From assembly GCA_030390025.1 (NCBI GenBank), contig CM059434.1:111166001-111230000 (forward strand): 64,000 nt of DNA. Direction: 5' to 3'. The DNA comes from Squalus acanthias. Lineage: Eukaryota. Below the pieces are notes generated by a model. The model was not told the DNA's origin. It did not search any database and was given only the letters and a program-made list of their open reading frames with translations. Below, piece by piece: positions 25,531 through 35,930 of the stretch. A program made the translations under genes and the position numbers. How positions within the stretch are numbered: position 1 is the first letter of the stretch; every line of letters begins with the position of its first letter.

Positions 25531-25826
25531 TAAAAACAGAAAATGCTGGAAATACTCAGCAGGTCAGGCAGCATCTGTGGAGAGAGAAACAGAGTTAACG
25601 TTTCAGGTCGATGACCCTTCGTCAGAACTGGAAAAAGCTGGAGATCGAACAGGTTTTTAAGCAAATGTAGGGGCAGGGAAAGGGGGGAGGGGAGGAAAGA
25701 ACAAAAGGGAAGGTCTGTGATAGGGTGGAAGGGAGGAGAGAATAACAGACAAAAGGGATGGTGCAAGGCAAAAGGAGATGGTAATGGGACAAGTTAAGAA
25801 ACAAAAGATGGCTCCAGATGGAAGGC
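25531..25826 (-). mobile_element. Penelope-like element 3'/pLTR fragment
   Basis: Near-identical to the left arm of 7881-8098, plus a purine-rich (plus-strand) continuation; carries a hammerhead motif typical of Penelope pLTRs. Confidence 0.75.
25593..25629 (-). ncRNA. Minimal type I hammerhead ribozyme motif
   Basis: Minus strand AGTT-CTGACGA-AGGGTC-ATC-GACCT-GAAA-CGTT-AACT: intact CUGANGA and GAAA core, stem I AGTT/AACT, stem II GGTC/GACC, palindromic ACGT stem III. Confidence 0.75.
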
Positions 25827-26029
25827 AGGAGAGATTAAGAGACATTATGCAAAATAGCCCGAGCCACACATATTAGTCGAGGCCAAGAGCACAACCATTG
25901 TGTTGGATGGACCTCATGCCATGACCAAGATGTGCTGGCATTCTGCAAAAGTGGAAAATTCCTGCCAATAAATCCAGAACATTACTTCAAAATGGTTCAA
26001 ACTGCCAGAAATAAAATTAGACACATACA

Positions 26030-26434
26030 AAGAATGAAGTTGCATTCTATAGAAATGTCTTAAAGTGCTTCACACCATTTGAAGTGCAGTCATTACCATG
26101 TTGGTAAATGTGGTAGCCATTTGTGACAAGAGTCCCACAAAGAACAAGATGAACGACCAGATCTGTTTTTTTGTTTTCTTGGTTGAGAAAAATGTTGGCT
26201 AGGAAACACAGAACTTCCTGTTCTTCAAAAAGTGCCATGGGATCCTTAACATCTACCTGAGCCAGGAAACAGATTGTGGTTTAATGTGTCATCTGAAAGA
26301 CAACACCTCTGACAATTAAGCACTCCCCCAGTACTGCATCCAAGTGTCATCCTAGATTATGTGCTCAAATCCTGCAGTGTGAGATAAAACCACAACTTTG
26401 TCTCAAAGGTGCTATGAACTAAGCCAAGCTGACA
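26030..26434 (-). mobile_element. Deu-domain tRNA-derived SINE (SacSINE1-like), near full length
   Basis: GTGCCATGGGATCC, CATCTGAAAGAC, CAGTACTGCA, CTAGATTATGTGCTCAA, head AGCCAAGCTGACA. Confidence 0.8.
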
Positions 26435-27289
26435 CAATGAGTGATCGACACATTGAATGGAGTTCCAAATAGCATCCAATTAAAAGTTATGATGGGGGAT
26501 TGTCGGCTTTTTCTGGATGAATGAGCTAAAATGTGCCAAGTGGCCTTCCTGAGCTGTATCTATCTTTTAATCTTGCCCTGTCCTTCAGTCAACCTGCTTT
26601 TCCTCAGTTTCCCAGTAGACTACATGCACTCATCAATTATTGCCTTAATGTGACACAGTTATGAAATTATGACCAGTACAGCCTTCAATCCTCATCCCTG
26701 TTATTTTTTCCAACGATGATTAAATATCATTAGTCTAAATCACTGGAGCATGAGCAACATTTTGTTAATGGTGCCAAATTTAAATGAGTACATTTGAGTA
26801 ATGGCTGTACTCCTGCTTCACGGAGGAGCTGTTTTACTGAAGTTTCTAAGCTATTTTGTTCTCTGTTTCATATCAATCAAACTAATACAGCAAACTCCCT
26901 CAGATCAATAGTGCCTATTCCTTCCCCATCTGATAAAGAAAATGCCTTGAGGATAGAAAACAGGCTAAAAAAAATCCTGTTGTCTCACTCTAAAATGTTG
27001 AACACGTAACAACATAATTTTTCTTGACCATTATGGATGTGCACTCAGGACAGGTAATGACGATAATAGCTTCACAAAACTGTGATACGCTGTTAATCAA
27101 TCTGAAGTGCCACTAATTTTATCATTTATAGTGCTCTTGTGCTGGCCACTGACGGATCTTTTTAGTATCAAGTTAATACCCTTTTTGCACCCTCTTCCCA
27201 CATGTGTAATGTCGTTACTGCTTGTGCTGATAGATATGGTACTCAGATGTTAGTCAGTCCTAAAGATAATCTTCACCTAAAGAACATAG

Positions 27290-28103
27290 CCCAATCCTGT
27301 CAATGTCTCAAATTCTATGTCTTACTACTGCTCTAAAGATATGGTTTCAGCCATCCATCACCAGATCGGGCTGGACCATATCAAATGTTATCGGGCCTGA
27401 CTGCCTAAACCACCGAATACTCCAGGACGATACTGGAGAGCAAAGATAACTCGGCTTCTTTTCCCCACTACAAACTGTCTCCTTAAACTCCTCTCCTCTG
27501 ACCCAACACCCTCATCTCCAACAAGTGTGATAAGCTCATAGACCTCTGTCACCAAGGTTGAGATCATCCGTTCAGTTGCCTCTGCTGCTTCTTCTCCCCA
27601 CCCCCCTCCCCCCGCCCCCGCCCCCCACCATTCCCCTTGGCCAACAAGCCAAACCTCCTTCAAGCCTACCCTTGTCCTAGCACTGAACTCGCATCTTTCT
27701 CTAGTTTCTCTCCTCTCCAAAGTCTTTAAACATGTTGTCACCTTCCAAATTTGTGCCCATCTTTCCGACATCTCCATGTTTGAATTTTTCCAATCAGTCA
27801 TAGCACTGAAACAGCCTGAAACAAAGTCACAAATGATATCCTCTGTGATTGTGGTGTACTATCCTCCTCCTTGTCTTTCTCAACCTCTCAGCAGCCTTTG
27901 ACATAATCAACCACACAATCTTCCTCCAAAATTTGTCCTCAGTTATCCAGCTCAGTGGGACAGCCCTTGCTTGGTTCCACTCTAACCTATCCACTCGCAG
28001 CCAAAGCATCTCCAGCAGTGGCTTCTCTGTCCGCCCCCAAACCGTTACCTCTGGAGCCGCTCAAGGATTTATTCTGGGCCCCTCCTCTTCTTCATCTACA
28101 TGC
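27290..28103 (+). mobile_element. L2-clade LINE fragment (RT region), left part
   Basis: LLVFLNLSAAFDIINHTIFLQNLSSVIQLSGTALAWFHSNLSTRSQ...VTSGAAQGFILGP resembles L2 RT LDLSAAFDT...[10 protein letters not shown]. Confidence 0.85.
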
Positions 28104-28182
28104 TGTCAGGCATGGCTCAGTTGGTAGCACTCTTGCCTTTGGGTCACAAGGTTGTGGGTTCAAATCCCACTCCAGAGACTTA

Positions 28183-28853
28183 GGGCTGGATTTTGATTGA
28201 CCCGTGGAGGCGGGTTTGGAGGCATGTGGGGGTTAAAATTGCGAAAACTGGCAGGCGGGCACAAGTCCGCCTCCATCCCGCCTCCACGCAATTTTCATTA
28301 AATCGTGTCTGCTGGTCCCGACTCCGTCCCGCCTTTAAGAGACGGGATAGGTTGTTAAGGCCCTTAACAAGCACTAAATTGCCTCTATAATACCATTTTG
28401 AAAGGCCTTTGTGATTTTAACCCTTGTTCTACGTGAAGCACGCCTGTTCTGAACCACGATTGTGAATCCTGGCGGGAGCACATTTCGAAAGCTTACTATT
28501 ACAATGGAGTAGTAGGAGGAGGAGTATGTGGGAGTACACCTAGGGCTGCTGCTGCTCATTTTGCCATCAGGTCCTCTGACAGCAAAGGTCTCTCTCTCTC
28601 TCTTGTGCCAGGTCCTCTCACAGCAAAGGCCAGGCAGTCTTTGCAGACCTTCAATGCAGCAGCAATGATGACATCATCAGAGGCGACTTTCAGACTGAAA
28701 ACACTAATTGGTTCATGGTTTCCCACATGCTGGGACTCAATTGCCCAATTAGGTGAAAATTCCATCAATCTCCCACATCCAATTGCAGTCGGGTGGATAA
28801 CACAAAAAGTGGATAACACGACCCCAACCCGCCCCAGTATCAAAATCCAGCCC
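28183..28853. mobile_element. PIF/Harbinger-type MITE
   Basis: Perfect 15-bp TIR GGGCTGGATTTTGAT / ATCAAAATCCAGCCC flanked by TTA on both sides (28180-28182, 28854-28856). Confidence 0.9.
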
Positions 28854-28996
28854 TTAGAGTACAAAATCTAGGCTGATACTCCAATGCAGTAGAGGGAATT
28901 CTGCACTGTCGAAGGTGCTGTCTTTCAGATGAGACGTTACATCGAGGACCCGTCTGCCCTCTCAGGTGGACGTAAAAGAACCCACAGCACTATTTC

Positions 28997-30577
28997 ATAG
29001 GATTACATAGGATATACGGCACAGAAACAGGCCATTCGGCCCAACCAGTCCATGCCGCCGTTTATGCTCCACACGAGCCTCCTCCCATCTTTCCTCATCT
29101 AAATCTATCAGCATAACCCTCTATTCCCTTCTCCCTCATATGCTTGTCTAGCCTCCCCTTAAATGCATCTATACTTTTCGCTTCAACCACTCCCTGTGGT
29201 AGCGAGTTCCACATTCTCACCACTCTCTGGGTGAAGAAGTTTCTTCTGAATTCCCTATTGGATTTCTTGGTGATTATCTTATGTTAATGGCCTCTAGTTA
29301 TGCTCTTCCCCACAAGTGGAAACATTCTCTCTGTATCCATTCTATCAAAACCTTTCATAATTTTAAAGACCTCTATTAGGTCACCCCTCAGCCTTCTTTT
29401 TTCAAGAGTAAAGAGACCCAGCCTGTTCATCCTTTCCTGATATGTATACCCTCGCATTTCTGGTATCATCCTTGTAAATCTTCTCTGCACCCTCTCCAGT
29501 GCCTCTATATCCTTTTTATAATATGGCGACCAGAACTATACGCAGTCCTCCCAAGTGTGGTCTAACCAAGGTTCGATACAGGTTTAGCATAACTTCCCTA
29601 CTTTGCAATTCTAAACCTCTAGAAATAAACCCTAGTGCTTGGTTTGCTTTTTTTTAAAATGGCCTTGCTAACCTATGTCGCAACTTTTAGTGATTTGTTT
29701 ATTTGTACTCCTCTACCCCACCTAGACTCGCACCCTCCAAGTAATAAGTGGCCTATCAAAATGTAATACCTCACATTTATCTGTGTTGAACTTCATTTGC
29801 CAATTACTGTATATGCCCATTCTGCAACTTTATTAATGTCCTCCTGTAATCTGTTGCAGTCCTTCTCAGTATTGACTATCCCCCCAATTTGGTGTCATCT
29901 GCAAATTTAGAAATTGTGTTTTTGATTTCAAAGTCTAAATCGTTAATATAAATTGTGAACAGTGGTCCCAGCACTGATCCTTGTGGAACACCACTACCCA
30001 CTTTCAGCCACTGTGAATAGCTCCCTTTTACCTCTACTCTCTGCTTTCTGTCTTGAAGCCAGCCAGCTATCCATTCTGCTACTTGTCCCGACTCCGCATT
30101 CTCTGACCTTGTTCATCAGTCCTTAGGGTACCTTATCGAAGGTCTTTTGAAAATCTAGATAAATTATATCTACTGCATTACCATTGTCTACTCTCTCTGT
30201 TACCTCTTCAAAAAATTCAATGAGGTTGGTCAAGTAAGACTTTCCCTTTTGAAACCCATGCTGACTATTCATTACTATGTTTTTGGTCTCTAGATGTTCT
30301 TCTATTTTCTCCTTTAGTAGGGATTCCATTATTTTCCCTACCACCGATGTTAAGCTGACTGGTCTATAATTCCCTGGACATGTTCTATCTCCCTTCTTAA
30401 ATATAGGTATTACGTTAGTTATCTGCCAGTCCTCTGGCACTGAACCTTTTTCTCACGAATTATTAAATATGTGTAGTAATGCCTCTGCTATCTCTTCCCT
30501 AGATTCCTTTAAAATGCGCGGATGCAATCCATCCGGACCAGGGGTTTTATCCTCTTGGAGTTTGATTAGTTTATTTA
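28997..30577 (-). mobile_element. 5'-truncated CR1 LINE (RT domain to 3' end)
   Basis: PEDWQITNVIPIFKKGDRTCPGNYRPVSLTSVVGKIMES...QHGFQKGKSYLTNLIEFFEEV...YLDFQKTFDKVP and QRRFTRMIP...RRLRGDLIEVFKI; flanked by ATTTC direct repeats (28992-28996, 30578-30582). Confidence 0.93.
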
Positions 30578-30630
30578 ATTTCGAAGAAGAGCAGGGGAGT
30601 TCTCCCCAGTGTTCTGGCCAATATTTATCC

Positions 30631-31250
30631 ATCTACTTCCAACTTCACAACAAAGTCCATCTCCGCCCCTGCTCATCTGCTGCCGAAACCCTCATCCATG
30701 CCTTGGTCACCTCCAAACTCGACTATTCCAATGCTCTCCAGCCAGCCTCCCATCCTCCACCCTCCATAAACTTCAGCTCATTCAAATTTCTGCTGCCCAT
30801 ATCTTATCCTGCAACTTACTCATCATCCGTGTATTCGCTAGCTTACGGTCCGGTTCCCTAATGCCTCAAGTTTAAAATTCGCATCCTCATGTTTAAATCC
30901 CTTCATGGCCTTGCCCCTCCCTATCTCTGTAACCTCCTTCAGTCCTACAATCCTGAGAACTGTACATTCTTCTGACTCTGGCCTCTTATGCACCGCCCCC
31001 CCCCACTTCCCTTCCCCACCATTGATGGCTGTGCCTTCAACCGTCTAGGCTCCATGCTCTGGAATTCCCCCTTAAACCTCTCTGCTTCTCCACCTTTCTC
31101 TCCTCCTTTAAACCCACTTCTTTGACCAAGCTTTTGGTCAGCCCTCCACGCAGCTCCTTCTTTGGCTCAGCGTCCATTTTTGTCTGATTCTGTGAAGCAC
31201 CTTGGGATGTCTTTCTATATTAAAAGGTGCTATATAAAGCTGTTGTTATT
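30631..31250 (+). mobile_element. L2 LINE 3' part (continuation of 27290-28103)
   Basis: AAETLIHALVTSKLDYSNAL motif; tail TGTGAAGCACCTTGGGATG...GGTGCTATATAAA..TGTTGTT. Confidence 0.85.
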
Positions 31251-33834
31251 GAAATCATTTGGTGTTTTAAGTTGTGGAATGTAGACCTGTAAAATTCTTT
31301 CAACACATTCTAAATATAACCTGTATTATTGTGTTAATTACTAATAAAAAAAAAAGACCTGATGTATTGAAATCACAATTTACAGCACAAAAGTATCACA
31401 CATATATGCTTATACTACTTTCCAGAAGCTACAAGGGATACAACTGCAGTACATTTATACTAAATCTTACTACCCAGATTTGCAGAGCAAGAGAAATCCT
31501 AACTACATACGTTATCCAAACCATTGCTGTTTTCATTAAATTGTGTTTCATTAATCTGAATGACGTTTGTTTCTCTGAACAAAAGCACATCAGAAACAAT
31601 TTCAAAGAAGCTTATTACATGAAGACTAACAGTGTTTTTCTCTCAATGATAAACTTAGAAGTTTTAGATAAATTTTACAAATTTGAACTCCACTAGTGAT
31701 CTTCATATTATCTTTTAGAAGTGGCAGCACCTGGCGTTAATGATGTAGGGCTACCTATAATTACCTCAGTTACTTTATTAAGATCATTTTTATTCTGAGT
31801 GCTTAATGATGTCCTAAACAGGTAGGGCAGCAGAACAGCATGCATCATTCTCTTTGCTGTGACATTAAGCACAAGCAATACAATTTCTGTCACTGCATGG
31901 CATTGTTAAGCAAACAAAGAAAATTCTGAGCTTTGTGGAAACAATGCCCCTCTAAATTATTTTAAGAATGCTGTCACATTTTTATCCAAAAAGATTTCTT
32001 TCAGAGGAGGCAGTTTTAGGATAGCCCTGTGGCTAAAGTGATAGAGCGATGACTGCCAAACCAAAGAGTATGAATTCAAATTCCAATTTTAACCGATAGT
32101 TAAACTAGCCTTTGCTTCATTGAATTACCAGTTTTTGGCTGCAGCGCCAGACAGCAGCACAACCATCCAGTTTACGGGAAGGAAGAAATTGGTAGCACAC
32201 CATCACATGACTACACAATTTTGGAACAACACTGACAGGAGTTACAGCCACTGCTCAAAGCTTCCCATCCTCCTGGCTGAGGGTGGATGTGTAGAGGGGA
32301 AAGCCATTTGAAGGAATAGCATCTCAAAAGAGAGACAAGTGGGCTGAATTTATTTTTCATGACATTCAGTTTCAGATTTCAAGTCAAACATCTACTTATT
32401 GTGAACTACACTGGGGTGTGTTGATGCCTCAACAATTTATATGCAATAACAACTTTTATAATAATAAATCTGCCACATTTAGTAAGAATTCTATATTACA
32501 AACCATTGCTACAGGCACTGTGGCATTTTAGCATCTTTCCAAATCTCCCACTGATACATATCATTTAAATATTTACATCTAATTGCTATTTTGGCTGGGC
32601 AAATCCCTTTATTTTAAGCTTAATTGAAGACATGTGCATGTTGTGCTAACACACCAATTGCTAAGCTACGTTTCCTTTATAACCATTCGTGCATTAGATT
32701 GTGATCTTTGGCCTAGTTGTTTTTATTTTCCCCTCTGGCAATTTTTAGCATAATTGAAAATACTGTACTGCATTATACAGCATTAATAATGCTAACTGCG
32801 CGACTCGCACACAAAACATTAATTAGCACAATGAATCATGGCATGAGGGGCCCTAAATTCAAAAATAAATTATCGGAGCAGGATATATTTAGAGGGATGA
32901 AAATTCTACTATGGTCCTGATTATCTCAGTGGAATTCTTAGCTGTTTTTGTGGAGAATAAAAAGGTAGAGATCAAAATATTTTTCAAACATGAAAGTCAA
33001 GCTTGCACTTGGAGATCAGCAAAGAATGCTAATGAACAGTGATAAGCCCTCTGTAGGCATGATTAGCACAGTTTTATCCAGGCTTTTTGAATGCATTGAA
33101 TGGTGTGAATCTGTGGAATTACACCAATATTTCATTTGTCTGTAGAAATTGAATGAATGAGGAAGAATGTCTTTTTGCCAAGATCGGTGTACAAAGAGCA
33201 ATAATTGGAGATGATTAATTTGTTGCCAATGCACATTGATTCCATAGTAGCTCAGAAATATATTATAAAAAGAGATGTGGCCTATGATTTTTATCAACTG
33301 ACAGGCTGATAATTCAATCCCTGTAGTATTTTTGTGTTGAATTGAATTTTTATCTTTAAGAGAACAAATGAGAAATTGAAATTCAACACTATGAATTCCA
33401 AATTACTGAGTCCAGTGCCTCAGATGGAAAAAATTGCAAAGCTGAGAAGGACATGAATTTAAGATATAAAAATGTAAAATAAACTAAAAACAAGTTACTT
33501 CTGGTGTAAGTAATAAGAATGTTGAGAAACATTCCATTAATCTCATTATTCCATTATTCTCATCCATCATTAAACTTCAAAAATTGTGTTAAATTTCCCT
33601 TTTTATTTCCCTCCTATTGACATTAACTTGGCCCCACATTGAATGTATCCTTAATCGGAATTTGGGGAGCTCTCCAAGGCAGACATGTTCAAAAGAGCCA
33701 TTAATGCTGCCCCTTAACTGAGTTGAGGTGCACTTGTAGGTCTTCCCTGCTTCATGAAACTGACAAAACTAACCCTCTAAGAGAAACCTACAAATATAAC
33801 TCAAGACCGGGATGTGGACTTAGGTGAAGAAAGA

Positions 33835-34222
33835 CGTCCCAAAGTGCTTCACAAGTAAATTAACTTTGAAGCAGTCACTGTTGTGATGTAGACAAGCACA
33901 GTAGCCAATCTGCACACAGCAAGATTCCATAAACAGCAATTAGGTAAATGGCCAATCATTTTTTTTTTTAAAGTGATGTTGGTTGAAGGAAGAATTTTGG
34001 CCAGGCTAGAGAACTTCCATGGTCTTCTTCAAATGATGCCATTGGATCTTTTACATTCACCCGAGGGGGCAAATGAGGCCTTGGCTTAACAACTCATCTA
34101 AACATTGGCACTTCCAACAGTGCAGCACTCCCTCAGTACTGCATTGAAGTGTCATATGTGCTCAAGTCTCTGGAATGGAGATTAAACCCACCTACTCCTG
34201 ATTCAGAGGCAAGAGTGCTACC
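33835..34222 (-). mobile_element. SacSINE1-like SINE
   Basis: CAGTGCAGCACTCCCTCAGTACTGCA...AGAGTGCTACCACTGAGCCAAGG (reverse-complemented tRNA head). Confidence 0.85.
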
Positions 34223-34249
34223 ACTGAGCCAAGGCGGATACCTCAGTCA

Positions 34250-34503
34250 GGAGGCGTCGTCTGCCATTTAGGTGGTTAAAGGATCCCATGGTATTATTCA
34301 AAGAGCAGTGTGTTCATCCCTCAACCAACATCACTAAAACAGATTAGCTGGCCATTTACAGTTTGTAGGACCTTGCTGTGCACAAATTGGCTGCTGCATT
34401 TCCTGTAAAACAACAATGACCACACAGTAAAAGTAATTGATTAACTATGAAGTGCTTTGGGAAGTTCTAGGATACGAGAGTGCTATATAAATTCAAGTTC
34501 TTT
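34250..34503 (+). mobile_element. SacSINE1-like SINE, 3' half, opposite orientation to its neighbour
   Basis: AAAGGATCCCATGG..CCCTCAACCAACATCAC..GGACCTTGCTGTGCACAAATTGGCTGC..GTGCTATATAAATTCAAGTTCTTTC. Confidence 0.8.
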
Positions 34504-35289
34504 CTAGCCTTGAAGTGTTTAGACCTGTAGCCACATCGCACTAAAATTATTTTACAACATACTTAAAAAAGGTCTTTTGCCTTGAGTTACCGTTGAACTT
34601 TGGTGGTATTATTTCTATTGTAATATTTTGAAAGAGCTGGTTGTATAATCTTGAGCAAGGATATACATTGGGAGGGATATATAAGCCAAGCAAGAGTTCA
34701 AAAAGTCAGACCACATATGCCACTTGTGGTTAAGACTGTTTAAAAAGTTAGCACACTTTCTTTATAAGTTACAAAGAGGCCATATAGTTGATAATACTTT
34801 AGCTATAATGTTTTTTTATCCTGTCCAAACTTTGCAGAAATCAATCATCACTACTAATTCTAAACTGACACTTAAATGTGACTCCTTGTTTTCCTTATAG
34901 AGAGTCTCCCCAGTAGGAGTCAAGTCTCATGTGGATGCACGTCTTTCATCACAGGAAGTATTTATTGATGTTTGTTTAAAAGTCTTAAGTATTTGTACAA
35001 TTTCAAAAAGCCCATAAAAATGACAAGCGTACCCAGAACTACTGTTGAAGAGTTTTTGTATTACAAGAATGAGAAATGTGAAAAAAATTCAGAGGAACAG
35101 ATAATAATTTAATGATAATGATAATCATAAGATTCAGGGACAGTTTAATTCTTTGATCAATAGAATTAACTTGAGGCACTCTGTAAAGGCAACACCAGCA
35201 GCTTGTGAGTATTCCCACACCAACAACACCGTGTCAGTATTTCCACACACCAAGACACCTGGCCACAATTGGCCTAAGTCCTCAAGTGC

Positions 35290-35690
35290 AAAGTTCTGCA
35301 CTTCTACCAACCCTGTCTTTGTCAAGCTCAACTGGCTTCTTGTGGCCCAGCAAATTAATTTTAAGATCCTTGCCCAATCGTTCAAATCTCTCTATGGTTT
35401 GCACACACTACTTTCGTGATCACCTTCAACGTACATCCCTTCATATACCCGTCACTCATCTGGTTGCTCTTTCAGTTATTACACCGTTGCCCTCTGTAGC
35501 TCTCTCTGTCTTGCTAACTCCCTTTCTTCTTTCAAAAGCCATCTAAAAATCCATCCTCTTTGACTCTGCTTTCAGCTCCGCCACTTAATTCTTTTCCTTT
35601 TTGGCCCTTCTGCTCAATGTCCAGTTTTTTCCTCTGCCTAGTAAAATGAGTTCAGCACGTGAGGAGTGCTGTAGAAATGTAAGCTGCAGT
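35290..35690 (+). mobile_element. Decayed L2 3' fragment
   Basis: PVFVKLNWLLVAQQINFKIL...FKSLYGL resembles L2 C-terminal LHWLPV..RI.FKIL..FKALHGL. Confidence 0.65.
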
Positions 35691-35719
35691 AGTCTTTCCA
35701 AAGCAATCAGATAACCTGC

Positions 35720-35930
35720 GAGTATTTCCATAAAAATGCTATCAGGAATTCAGTTACTATTTCCATAGTAACACCATCAGATGCTCTGCAGGTGACATGT
35801 TAGACCACCTGTTACTATTTCAGTAGTAACAACATTGGGCACCATGCCAGTATTTACAGCACCACGAGACACCAGATTAGTATTTCCATTGTAACATCAT
35901 CAGACACTGTGGCAGTATTTCCATCATTAC
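35720..35930 (+). repeat. Degenerate minisatellite of about 35 bp (about 6 units); two more units near 37420-37487
   Basis: Recurrent A(G/C)TATTTCCAT(T/A)GTAACA(C/T)CATCAGA(C/T) units. Confidence 0.7.

Larger units (their letters stand above)
25059..25966. mobile_element. Decayed PIF/Harbinger-like MITE inside CR1
   Basis: Left end GGGTATGATTTTC, right end GGAAAATTCCTGCC; removing it rejoins CR1-like GTATAGAAAAAGAT|AAATCCAGAAC. Confidence 0.5.
24455..26570 (+). mobile_element. Old CR1 LINE, interrupted by MITE, Penelope remnant and SINE
   Basis: LDFQK-like RT motif near 24462, ALVRLYLEYC-like at about 24845; resumes after 25966 and after 26434, ending in a TGGCCTTCCT-type 3' UTR. Confidence 0.6.
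28104..30630 (+). mobile_element. SacSINE1-like SINE in three pieces (28104-28182, 28857-28996, 30583-30630)
   Basis: A box TGGCTCAGTTGG, B box GGTTCAAATCC; Deu core rejoins as GCACTATTTC|GAAGAAGAGCAGGGGAGTTCTCCCC once the inserts are removed. Confidence 0.85.

Noticed and set aside
28104-28175. tRNA gene (also 52722-52780, 43815-43885)
   Set aside because: A/B boxes run directly into SINE bodies; no complete cloverleaf or T-run terminator
31274-31696. 140-aa ORF
   Set aside because: AT-rich, GTG start, no domain similarity or splice signals; consistent with a random ORF
35720-35930. CRISPR-like array
   Set aside because: Units are degenerate and contiguous with no unique spacers, there are no cas genes, and the context is a vertebrate intron
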